Shown here piece by piece: positions 38,891 through 50,363 of a stretch of 64,000 nucleotides of DNA (within the stretch, counting starts at the first letter, position 1; every line of letters begins with the position of its first letter). Source of the DNA: Moniliella sp. 'wahieum' (Eukaryota). The notes under the pieces were generated by a model, which searched no databases, had not been told where the DNA came from, and saw nothing but the letters and a program-made list of their open reading frames with translations. The position numbers were made by a program, and so were the translations under genes. The stretch lies in assembly GCA_003971905.1 (NCBI GenBank), contig RSEE01000035.1, positions 186,001 to 250,000 on the forward strand. The letters run 5' to 3'.

Positions 38891-41800
38891 CTAGGTCACT
38901 GTAACGTTTGCTCCGCACCGTCGCCCAAGCGATGCCGATCGACGCGACCACGAACCATGTTCGTCGCCAGAGCGCCCCAACAACGTACCGCTTTCCCCAG
39001 CTCCCTGCTGCTGCCGCCTCTGAAATGGGCGTGCCACGTACGCCACGTACACTGCCCACGGGAGATCCTGTGAGCCTCGATTCGCCTTCCTTCGCCTGCG
39101 CAGTCTCCTCGTCAGGCGTAGGGACCGCTTCCTCGCACCCGGCCATGGCACCACTTGACGTCCCTGGCCTTGGTGCGAGACCTGCCACATCAGACGATTG
39201 CAGCGCCGGTTCAGGCGCGTGCGTGTGCGCCCGCTCCCCGCCTTGGCTGGGGGCACTTCGGTCCCCCGTCTCCGCAAGCGGGTCTTCCGCTTCCACCTGA
39301 TCAAGCTTGGGAGGTACCGCGCTCGTATCTTCCTCACGCTGCGTTTCCTCGGTCCCACTGTGCGCCTCTTCGTGTGCAGACGGCCCAGGGAGACCAAGCG
39401 TGTCCCTTGTCGTCCCACCGAGTCAGAACGTGCCGTCTCCCGTCCCAGGACGTCCTGGATCCTGCAGCGGTTGCGGTTGCTGCTGCTGCTGCTGCTGCTG
39501 CTGGCGGTGTTGGCCCCCCGAGCTCGTGTAGGCGCGCCTTGATTCCAACGTTTCAGCCCGCGCTCGCTGCCTCCTCCCGCCTGGTCCAATTCACGTTGGA
39601 CCCCAGCGAGGGTGCGGGCCTGCGCGGCAGCCTCGGCGGGTACTGCGTTTGACGCCGTGTGAGCTGGTCCAGCTGCGCACGTACCCCGCCACAGTCGCTT
39701 GGCTCTGCCGTAGTTGCTCCGCTTGCACCTGGTGCGCATGCGCATACGTCGCTTGCATCGTCTCTACTGCCCGGGTTTGTTGGTCCAGCAGGTCCAGTAG
39801 CGCAAGTACCGTCGACGAAGAGCTGGAAGAAGGCGATGCCCGTCCTCCAACCTTCTTCGTTGCTCGTCGTGGTCGTGCCATAGCGGATGCACTGGGCCCA
39901 CTGGGCACACTGGAGTGCGCCTGGGCCTGCCACCCTACCTCCCCACCTTCATTACCTTGGCCACCCATTCGGGTCTCTACCGCCTCCTGACCACGTTCTT
40001 CCCGCCCAACCTTGTCGGTCCCAGGCCGCGACGGAGGCCGAACAGACGTCCGAGCCAAGGTGAAGGTGTAGGTGTGGGTGTAGCAGCAGTAGACGTGGAC
40101 GTAGTGGTAGTGGTAGTGATAGGGGTGGGGTAGGGGTAGGGGGTAGCATCGGACGAACCCGGGCCGAGCCGCAACGAGCACTCACCTCTCTTCGACGCGG
40201 CCAGGTGTGCGACAGGGAACGGTTGGCAGGCGCACTTTCTACTTGCGGTTCAGCTCGGGCTGCCGGGTTGGCCTTGGCAGGCAAGGTTACGGTCGGTGCG
40301 ACGGGCTGCAAAGCCATGGGCTCAGGAGAAGGGGAAGGGTAGAGCCTACGGTAGCACCCTGCTGAGCCCAGTTTCGGCTTCAGCTGCCCCAGTTTCGGCT
40401 TCAGCTTCGGCCCCAGCTTCGCCTCAGCCAGGTCAGGCCAAGCGAGCGCGGACGAGCGGAGGGACGAACTTGACCGGAGGCGCGTGCCTACCGACCCTAC
40501 GTTCCTCCCCACGTCACTCGCCACGCTACTCGGCACGGCAGTGGAAAACGGCAGTGGAAACGGCAGTGGAAACGGCGGTCGAAACGTTACTCCCCGACCG
40601 TGCATGGTGCCCATGGTACGAAGAAGAAGAAGAAGAAGAAGATAGAGGCGCACCAACGTACGAAAGTAGGGGCGAAGAAATCGTAGTGATCTCCTCTTCC
40701 TCTTCCTCTTCCCCTTCCTTTTCCTCTTGTTTCTCTCCTATCTCCCCAGAAAGGATGGAAGCAGGCGCGTGGCCCCGCGTCCCAACCGCTCTTCCGTACC
40801 GAGGTCAGAATCAGAATCCATCTCGGGATTGGGATTGGGATCGGGATTGGGATCGGGATTGGAGTTGGGATTGGTGTTGGATCGGAATCTAGATTGGGAT
40901 CGATACGCACACGCGCCCCCGTGCCCGCCCCCGTGCCCGCCCCGTGCCCGCCCCGTGCCCGCGCCCAACCCGGCCGACCTAGCCCGACGACGGTCGCGCG
41001 TCAAACTCAGCATGCGACCCAACACTGTATCGGGGTTACCGAGCGCACTAAGTGGGATCTCGCCCGCTTGCGAATCCAGCGTTTCCATCCAATCCATCCC
41101 CCCCACTGGCCGACACTTCCGGCGCGGAAACCGTGCGTGCATGCGACGAGGACACGGGCGCATCACCACCGTCTCACCTGGACTGGTGCTGGTCCGCGCG
41201 CGCGCAGCGCAAGTGAGCTTGATGCGGCGCGCAGTAGCAGGCCAGCCGGACGAGGTGTGGAGAATGTAGATGCAGAAGGGGCAGATGGCGCAGATGGCAG
41301 GATATCGGGATACCGCGTTGGGCCAGCCATGTTCTTGGATGCACTTGATGCGTCACGGGCAAGTAGCGTGGTCTCAGTTTCGGGTTCCGTTTCGGTCTCG
41401 ATTTCGGTCTCGGCCTCGGTCGCAGGCTCGGGTCGGAGGAGATGTGGGAGAGCGGAGGGGCGCTGCCGAAATCGAGTACCGAGTAATCTTGGTCGCGTGC
41501 ATGATTTTGGTCGTCTCCCTCTCGTCCGAGAGCGGGTCGAAAGCGCGTCTGAGAGAGGGTCTGAGAGAGGGTCGGGCGGGATGCGAGAGGCTGAGACGAA
41601 AGCGAAGGTGAGTCAGGCCGATGCTTCTTGCTAGTGTCACTGGTCAGAGGAGGGAGGGTGGAGCTAGATGCATGGGGAGCAAGGCCGTTATGACCCTGGG
41701 GGGGGCGAGAAACGCGTGGGGGGTGGTTGTTGCGGGGAGGGTGGGGGCGGGATCGGTCGACGGGGGTCCTGTGCGTTGGGCGTCGAGACTTGCTCGGATA

Positions 41801-42493
41801 AAAGAAAGTGTTGCGGTTGTGGGTGTGGTTGGTGCAATTGGTACAGTTGGTGCGGCTGGTCGGGGGAGAACGCGCCACGTGCCCCCCCTGGACGAGATCT
41901 CCAAGGAAATGCACGGGTGCGAAGACGCTCCGGCATCCACATCGGCCACTACCACCACCGTCCCGGGCTCTTGCTGGATCGGGGGAAGATCAGCAGAGGA
42001 GCCCACGTAGATCCGTACCGGCCCTGTCGGTAGGGGGCACCGATACCTGTCCAGCGGATCCAGGCAATGCGGGAGACGTCGCCGCTACGGATACGGCGGG
42101 GAACAGCTGTGCAACCGAGCTGCCGCCCCAGGCGTGCCAGCCGGCAAGGGCGGTAAGGGTTTGTTGCGAGCACCGAGACGGAGCGCAGTGTGGCGTGCGG
42201 GCGCGGGGTGGCGCGCAGCGCGGCGAGAGCGGGAGGAGCGGGCGGAGCGAACGGAGCGGAGGGAAGGAGCGGAAGGAGCGGACGGAGCAGAAGCGCGAGA
42301 GCGGGTGCTGTGGGCGGTGGAGCGGGTGGTGGATGCGAGGGAGGGACGCGACAGAGATTGCTTAGACCCGTAAAGGCCAGACAGCTGGCTAGCCCAGCAA
42401 AGACGGGGCGGGGGGGCGGGTGCGCTTGCGGCGGGCCGAGTGGGGCGGCGGACGGGCCTGCCACGGCGCGCCCAGCGTGGCGACCGACGCCAT
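38891..42493 (-). CDS. Hypothetical protein (fragmented by indels)
   Basis: Chain of minus-strand ORF fragments with protein-like segments (LPTGPVRIYVGSS..., helical VLALLDLLDQQTRAVETMQ...). No family recognised; boundaries tentative. Confidence 0.35.
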
Positions 42494-43774
42494 GGAGAGC
42501 GCGGGCGGTGGGGGGGAGGCAGTGGTGGGCGCAAAGACAAGGCGGGGTGGATGCCAGCGGGCATGCCCACATGCAAGAGGATGCCAGGTGTGGCGTAGGC
42601 AGGCGGGCGGTGTCGGCGACACTGCTGCTGGGCGGGCGTCTGGGGGTGGCCAACTACACTACTCCCGCTCGAAACGGTGTCATCGGGTGAGTACGCGCGT
42701 AAAGGACTGTGCTCAGTGCCTGAGTATGCTGGAGCGCTCGAGCACCGAGTGCCTGATCGATGATCCACGGATGCTGAGTACTATAACTGGGGGTTAGCGG
42801 TTACCGAGATATGCCCAGACGTAGCCCTATGAACATGAGGCTGGAGCTTGAAGACGAGTGTGCTGCATGAGGGGCGCTGCGGCCTGAGGCACTGGATGTG
42901 TCCCTGAGGACTACAGAGTGAGTCCTGCGTTTGGGGGAGCTCTGATCGGCGCTGCTGAAGCTGATTGCGACGGCGGTCGGATGACAGCCACAGAGGCGAT
43001 GGCGAGGATCGAGGGGGCACCCCAAAGACAGGGGAGGCTTGGGTACCGTACCTGTGAAGATACGCCAAGGCAGACAGACGGTACGTGACGCGTGTGACAT
43101 GTACGTGTGGAGGCTAGAGGCCATGTATTGGCCGCTTCTCCATGGGTTGGAGTGCAGTTGCTGACAGGCTGACGTCGCAGCCGTCGCAGCCGTCGCACCC
43201 GTCGTACCCGTCGACCGCAGGGGGAACACTGCTGGCAAGCCAGGCACCCCGCCGCACTGCACCGCCCACCGCCACCACCCTCAACGGCGGCGCCCCGCAC
43301 GGCGCCAGCCATGCCAGCTGCCGACGCGAGCTGCGAGACGAAACTGCCTCTGTGCCTCGCCGCCAGCCAGCGCCTGTGCCTGCTCCACCGCGTCCCTCGC
43401 CTGGCTCGCCCCAGCTCGTACCTTTTCCCACCCCCCCGATCGCCAGTGGCCCACACTCGACACCCCCCCCACACCATGTTACACCTGGCATGTCTCCTGT
43501 CAGCTCCTCGGGCTCTTCGCTCTTCGCTACAAGAAACGAGAAACGCAAGGCAGAACCAAATCAGGCGTCCTTGGACGGGCGACACGAGCGCGAGAAACCG
43601 GTTCTTCATTTATAGCCCAGCAAAGGAATGACCCGTTTGTTTCCTGCTTTGTCGTCTCTCTTTCTCTCTCTCGCCCTCTCTCGCATATCCATCGGCCAGC
43701 TCCCTCAGCAACCCATGCATAATAGCGGAACAATTAATTGGTGATTGACGAGGTAGGACATGACTGCAACCCAC

Positions 43775-45093
43775 TCACTTTTGCTGCGCCTTGGCCTTGT
43801 CGACCAAAGCTTGCTGAATCGGTCGCAGCGAGGAACAGACGAAGTCGAGACGAGGGGTGGACAGATTGTGCAGGCGAGCACGAGTGTAGAGCGAGTCGAG
43901 GATGGGAACGAACTCCATTGGACGTTGGTTCTCGAGATCAATCAAGATCGATGGCTTGAACTGCGGCGAAAGGTTGGTCACCACCTCTTCCCCGCGTGCC
44001 TGTGCCTCACGTTGGAACCGCGGCGCATCCTTCAGCGTCACATTCATCGCCGTATCCACGCTCGAGTTAGGATACTCTTCTGCGCCAATCCCACACGCAC
44101 GCGCAATCAACACAATCTCCTCCATCAGGCCCCGCACCGAGCTAATCGTCCCGTCCAAACACGAATCTTGCAACAGGCTGTACACCGGTTGGCGAGCTAC
44201 CGCACCGAACCAAACGAAACCAAGTGACCGCGTCAGTACCGTTCCACCCGCTCCACCCCTCCAAACACCCAACTACGCTTGCACCGGCAAGCCAAGCCCA
44301 ACGTACCTGTACAGCACAGCCCACCCCACGCTGCATTCCACAACACTTTTTTCCATCGCAGCGGCTGGATATCGAGTACGGGCACCGCGTTGCCCCCGCC
44401 GGCACGGTACAACTCAACAAAGCGATGAAACGATGCGCGTTCCGGCGCTGATTCGGGCACTTGGTCCAAGGGCAAGGCAGGGGTAGAGTCCCATGTCCAG
44501 TCGCTCCAACTTGCCATGCTCAATCTTGCGTCCGCCATCGAGCAAGTTGGACCCGACCCAGGCGGTGCAGGAGATGATGTTGGATGCCAAGCCAGGTAGG
44601 ACAAGCGACTTGTGCACCTCCTCCTCAATCCCAATCCCATTTTGAATCAGGACAATCGTAGGTGCCGTCTCGTGGGCTGCGGGCCGACGCAACGCATCCC
44701 GAATCAGCGTTGACAACGGCGCCACATCTGGCGTACACTTGGCCGTCACCAACACATAGTCGTACGTCCGGTCCGCAGCCTCCTTCAACGAACTAAACGC
44801 TCGCGACGGCTTCCACCCCGCCGTCTTTCCAAACAGCGCACTGTCCACATCCACCCCCGCCCGTAGAGGCCAAGTGGGCATAATTGCTCCGCGCTACGCT
44901 CGACACTTCCACCCCACCACGGGACAGGATGAAACTGTACAGCACCCCGAGCGCGCCCATGCCGATCGTTAGCAGTGCGGCGCACGCTTCGAGGACACCG
45001 GAGTAAGTTGACCGTCGACCATGGTGGGCTAGGCAGTGCAGCAGGTGGCCAGCTGGTGGTGGGAGGCAGGGCCGAACCGCTCAACGATCCCAT
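43775..45093 (-). CDS. PAN5: Ketopantoate reductase (ApbA/PanE family)
   Basis: Rossmann motif TIGMGALG, YDYVLVTAK, IVLIQNGIG, catalytic Lys in RWKKVLWN, and PSILIDLENQRPME. Several indels. Confidence 0.85.
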
Positions 45094-45537
45094 GTCACAA
45101 AGAAGGTCCAATACCAAAGGATCATCGATTGATCAGATAGGTGATCGATGATGCAGGATGCAGGATGCTCGATGCAAGTCACCTACACTATGTCCGTGCC
45201 GTTACAACCGTGGCTTGACGCGTCACTGTGACGCTTGCTCCGAATGATCTTGGGCTTCTGCCGCTTCGCCTGCCGCTTCGGTCGTCAACCGCGTCAACTT
45301 GCCATGCTCCGAAGGAGTGGCCGTTCCAAATGGGCTTGCGAACCCGCAGGATTCAGCAGGTTCGGTCACCTTCAGCCAGGAGTCCGAACGAGAAGGAAAC
45401 GGTGAGGAAGGCGTGGCCAGCATGGAATTGGAAATTGGAGGGCCATGTCACTGCCCGTTTCAAATACGACACGGCGCGGATTGCAGATGCCCATGTCCCC
45501 ACTTGTACTTCTATATTTTGGGGACATAGACATCTGT

Positions 45538-45621
45538 GGGTACATGGTGTAGTGGTATCATGCCTCTTTTGGGATCACCCAACCATAGAGGAGGTCCTCG
45601 GTTCAATCCCGGGTGTACCCC
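45538..45621 (+). tRNA. tRNA-Pro(TGG) with a 12-nt canonical intron (45574-45585)
   Basis: Acceptor stem GGGTACA/TGTACCC, anticodon stem CCTCT/AGAGG with loop TT-TGG-G, T-loop GGTTCAATCC, T-run terminator. Confidence 0.95.
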
Positions 45622-45942
45622 CAATTTTTTTGTTTTGGGCCTTGCGAAAACGCCTGGGGAACCTACAACCTTACAGGCGTTAGTTTAGTCAATCGGGGAG
45701 TGGCAGATACATTTCACCTTTCAGCGTCCCAGAAAGCCTGCGTCTACCGATTAATGGGGCTGATTAATGATCCTACCTGGAGGGCCACACAGGTAGGGAG
45801 GCAGGTGCGTAACACAACCCTATTAAAATAGTTTTATTGCGCCGCCGCAACCCTATCCGCTGGCTTCGTTACCCGCTCGTTGGTCCATCGCTCACCACGC
45901 TTATCCTGACGCCCGACAACAACTTGATCGCCCGTTCTCGAT

Positions 45943-46398
45943 ATGGTATGTCGCTTCTCTGGCACCCGCCGGCGCATGGCCTTGCTGGTTGGGGTTTGTG
46001 CATTGTCCTCGGGGGCAATCTTTGTCTCTGCAAGGGCAGCTGTCGCACAGGCCCCTTTGGCACCCTGCCCATCCGCACAGCGCGACACGACCGACTGACC
46101 TTGCCTCTTTGTTCCACCGTAGTCCAAGCGTACCACGAAGGTTGGCATTACCGGCAAGTACGGTACCCGCTACGGTTCCACCTTGCGTCGGCAGGTCAAG
46201 AAGATTGAGATCTCCCAGCACGCGCGGTACACGTGCGCGTTTTGCGGCAAGGACGCTGTCAAGAGGCGCGCGGTCGGTATCTGGGACTGCCGTGCTTGCA
46301 AGAAGCAGGTCGCGGGTGGCGCCTGGGCTCTCTCCACCACGGCTGCTGCTACCGTCCGCAGCACCATCCGCCGTCTGCGTGAGCTTTCGGATGCGTAA
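45943..46398 (+). CDS. RPL43: 60S ribosomal protein L43/L37a (eL43)
   Basis: ATG, then intron 45946-46122, then [18 protein letters not shown]...YTCAFCGK...WDCRAC. Confidence 0.98.
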
Positions 46399-46808
46399 GG
46401 TGTGGTGCACTTCTCTCCCCCGGGTTGGGACAGCTTGCCGGGCGTAACACTCCTGTTTTCTTATTGCCGTGCTGCAGGTTGTTGTGCCTCGCCCTGATCC
46501 TTGGATTTGGTCGTTCAGAGCCTTCTGCACGGCAAACCTGTGCACCGTATACTCTCTTCCATGGACTTGAGCCGTACTGCTGGAGGGTTGGATTCTCTAT
46601 TCAGTCACCTGTGTACATGCCTGATCCGCCAAGCTTGTGCTTCCCAAAAATTATGTGCACTGTGCACTCAACCGCACCTGCTGTCTGGCGCATCGCATGT
46701 AGGAGTTCCCTATAGTTCCCTCAGATCTATTCCAACGAGTGTAGACGGATTCGAAGCGAAATGTAGGTTGCTCACACGTCCGTTCCACTTGTGGCATGAG
46801 CTTCCTGC

Positions 46809-47985
46809 TCAGACTTGTGAGCTTGCTCGTGGGCGAGGCGGACGATTTGCCGCGTAATCTCCTGGAAAATGGGAAACGTTTGGGAAGAACGATAGCGCGC
46901 GTAGGACGGTCTGGCTCAACAAGGTCCCACTAGGTTGGCCATTCCCGTTGGTTGCCCCTGTTGCCGCAGCCACTGGAGCTTGGGGGCCGCTAAGGTCCGA
47001 CCCTTCGGCCAAGGGTTGGTTAATCCCCAGTGACGTTAACTCGGTGGTGGCAATTTGGACCGCTTCGTCTTTGGCATCGTCCAGGACGCGGACCAAGCCC
47101 GGGTCAATGGGAATGCGGCCGAGAAAGTGGATGCCTTCCTTTTCGGCAAGAGCTTGCCCCCGCCCCGACCCCACACGTTGGTGCACTCGGTGCAGTGCGG
47201 ACAGACATACCCGCTCATGTTTTCAATCAGACCGAGTAAGGGAAGACCCGTCTTGCGTGTGAAATCGAGGCTGCGGAGATTGTCGGCTAATGACACGGCT
47301 TGCGGTGTGGTGACCAGGACTGCAGTCGGATTGAAGACGCGCAAGTACTCGAGCAACGAAATGTGTTCGTCCGATGTTCCTGCAGAAAGAGAAATACGGG
47401 TCAGGACTGTTCAGGAAGTCCTGCCCCAATCGGAGCAGGAGGGGGACGTGACACGACATACCAGGAGGAGTATCAATCACGAGGTAGTCCAGCTTGCCCC
47501 AACGCACGTCGCCCAAAAACTGCTTGATCATCGCATTCTTTTTCGGTCCCGCCAAATCACTGCATCGTTCTTGCTCTTCAGCAGGAATCCGACCGACATT
47601 ACCGCAAGACGTTGAGATGCATCGGCGTACACGGGCACCCATCCATCGGACGATTGCTTGACGCTTGACCCTTCCAGCCCAAGCATGCGCGGCGTAGAGG
47701 GACCAGTCAAGTCCACGTCGAGGATGCCCACCCGAGGGAGGTAGGTTGTCTGGTTGTCCGGGGGAGGAGCCTCGCCACCTGGCAAAACTGCCGGTTGGGG
47801 TGTGGCCGGGAGGGCGTGGCAGGAACTGGAGTGGAAGACAACGACAAGGCCAGCTGCGCGGCTACCGACGACTTGCCCACGCCGCCTTTGCCAGAGAGGA
47901 CGATGATAATGTTGTTGACCTGGGACAGACGGCGGATGATCTTCTCATCGGGGCCTTGCTGCGATGCAGAAACGGCAGCAGACAT
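46809..47985 (-). CDS. CFD1: Cytosolic Fe-S cluster assembly factor Cfd1 (NUBP2)
   Basis: [35 protein letters not shown] across intron 47461-47380, and [11 protein letters not shown]. Lacks the N-terminal Cys cluster of Nbp35. Indels; 3' end approximate. Confidence 0.92.
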
Positions 47986-48310
47986 GGTGGCGATGGGGGC
48001 AGAGAGCGGAGCTGTGGTGGGAGCCGCGTCTGCTGCTGCTGCCCATCTCTGCCTCGTGGGCGGCTTGTCGGATGACGTTTTGATTGCCCGCCTTTTTTTT
48101 CGACGCGGTCTCTTGCCTTGGCCTAATGTCCGCCTCGTGCGCCGGGGCCGGAGATTGGCGGGAGCGCTGGAAATGAAATCGCATCCAGCGCGCCACCCAC
48201 CAAAAATTCCTTCGGACACACCACACGCAAAAAGTAAAGTGGCGCTCCCGACATTCTCCTCTACGCGCAGCTTGGCTTCCACCGGCGCCGCCCTTGCTGC
48301 TGTGCCCGAC

Positions 48311-50363
48311 ATGCCCCCCGCGCCCTCGCCCTCGCCCGCGCGCGCCCCATTTCCGCCACCGCCACCAGCACTCCTCGCTCCCTCGCACGCGCCGCCAGGA
48401 GAGCGCGCCTCCTTCCCCCCGCCATCCCCCCCACCCCAGCACCCACCTACGCCTTCGTCCGGCGTCTTGGCGTGCGGTTTCCTACCACTCATCCACCGCC
48501 GCTGCCGCCGCTGCCGCCCCAGCTGCCCCTATTGCACGTAGCAGCCCCCACCCCCACCCACTCCTCCGCCGGCCGCCCTTGTTCCGCCTGCCACCTGCGC
48601 TGAGCTCGAGGCTCGCTTTGGCGGCCCCAAAGAGGGCGATACCATCGTCGTTGCCTTGTCCGGTGGCGTCGACTCGAGCACAACCCTCGCCCGCATCTGC
48701 CTTGCGCCCTCGGAGCTTGACCCCAGCAAGCCCAAATACGAGGTCCATGTCGTCTTTATGCGCAACTGGAACTCGCTCGACGAAGGCGACGACTTTGAGC
48801 CTGGCGCGTCGGGTGGCGCCGATGGATGCGAGTGGGTGCAGGACTGGAAGGACGTCCAAACTGTCACGGCTTATTTGCGCCGCGCTATGCAGCGCAAGTT
48901 TCCCACCTATACCCCCATTCCTATCCAGCAGCCCATTCTCCGCTCCGATTCACGCCCGCCACAGAGCGCCACCAGCGCCACCTCGCCTGCCTCTCCGCTC
49001 TTGCCCATCCACTTTGTCGACTTGAGTCGCCAATATTGGACTGACGTGTTCGAGCCCGCCCTCGAGTTGTGGGGCGAAGGACACACACCCAATCCAGACG
49101 TATCCTGCAATCGGTCCATCAAGTTTGGTGCGCTGATTCGGGAACTGTTTGGGCACCCCAACGTGTCCGGCACGGCCCAGACCACCCATGCTCTCTCACC
49201 TACCTACCTTGAGCACCGTGCTGCCCAGGGCAAGTGCTGGCTCGCGACTGGTCACTATGCCGGCGTACGCTGGGACCGCGATGCGCTTGGTCAACCCCAA
49301 CCACGCTTGATCCGATCCTCCGACCCAATCAAGGACCAAACTTACTATATGAGCAGCGTCCTCCAAGATGCGTTGCGCTATGTATGCCCCCCCCCCCCCT
49401 CTCTCTCTCTCTTAAACACGTTCACCAGGAACAGCATTAACATCCTTCTTCGCTTTAGGTTGTGTTCCCCTTGTCGGACATGCGCAAGCCCAACGTTAAA
49501 AAGATGGCGAAAGAGCTTGGCTTGCCGACGGCCGAGCGGGCCGAGAGCATGGGATTGTGCTTTGTGGGCGAACGTCAAAAGACCAGCTCGGCTGCCCAGG
49601 TGCCATCTCGCATCGAGCTCGCTGAAAGGTTAGCAGGAATTGTGACTTCCACCCCTCTGCGGCCGAAGCCTCAGCTAGCACCGCTTTGCGCCCTCGTCTT
49701 GGCCGAGGCCCACGCATGGGCGTTTCCCTGGCCAGCCCCTTTGCCTCATTTGTAGCCAACTACCTGCCTGTTCAGGCGTCGGCACCAGGTAAGATGATCC
49801 ATCTGGAAACAGGTGCCGTCCTGGCTGAACATTCGGGAATTCACACCTTGACGTTGGGCCAGAATGCGCGGATTGCCGGTCGCCCAGAAAAGGCGTACGT
49901 GGCGAGCAAAGCGCATGTGCTCAACCCAACCACCAAGCAAATGGAAGCAGTGATCTACGTCGTTGACGGGAACCGACACCCAGCTTTGTTGTGTGAGCAA
50001 GTGTACATCTCCAAAGAACGGTTTGATTGGATCGGCGCTCCGCCCGCCGCGACCAGCCCCACCGGACACCGAGTCCAGACGCAAATTCGACATTGTCAAG
50101 TTCCCGTTTCAGGCACCATCCGTCTTGTTTCCTCCCTCCCCGTAAGCGCCTTGCCTTTCCACCCGACTGGCGAGGGCGCGAGCAAGGAGTGGTACCAGAT
50201 CACATTTGACCAGGTCATTCATGGTGTCGCACCAGGCCAGGTCGCGGCCGTGTGGGACTTTGATGGGACCACCTTGGGCTCCGGCTTGATCCAAAGGGTA
50301 CACACTACCTGGGACCGGCAACAGACTGCCTCGGCTTCTTCCGTGGATCCCACCCTAACGTAG
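48311..50363 (+). CDS. SLM3: Mitochondrial tRNA-specific 2-thiouridylase (MnmA/Mtu1)
   Basis: [12 protein letters not shown]-loop, [32 protein letters not shown] and APGQ motifs. Intron 49382-49458. Start tentative. Confidence 0.92.
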
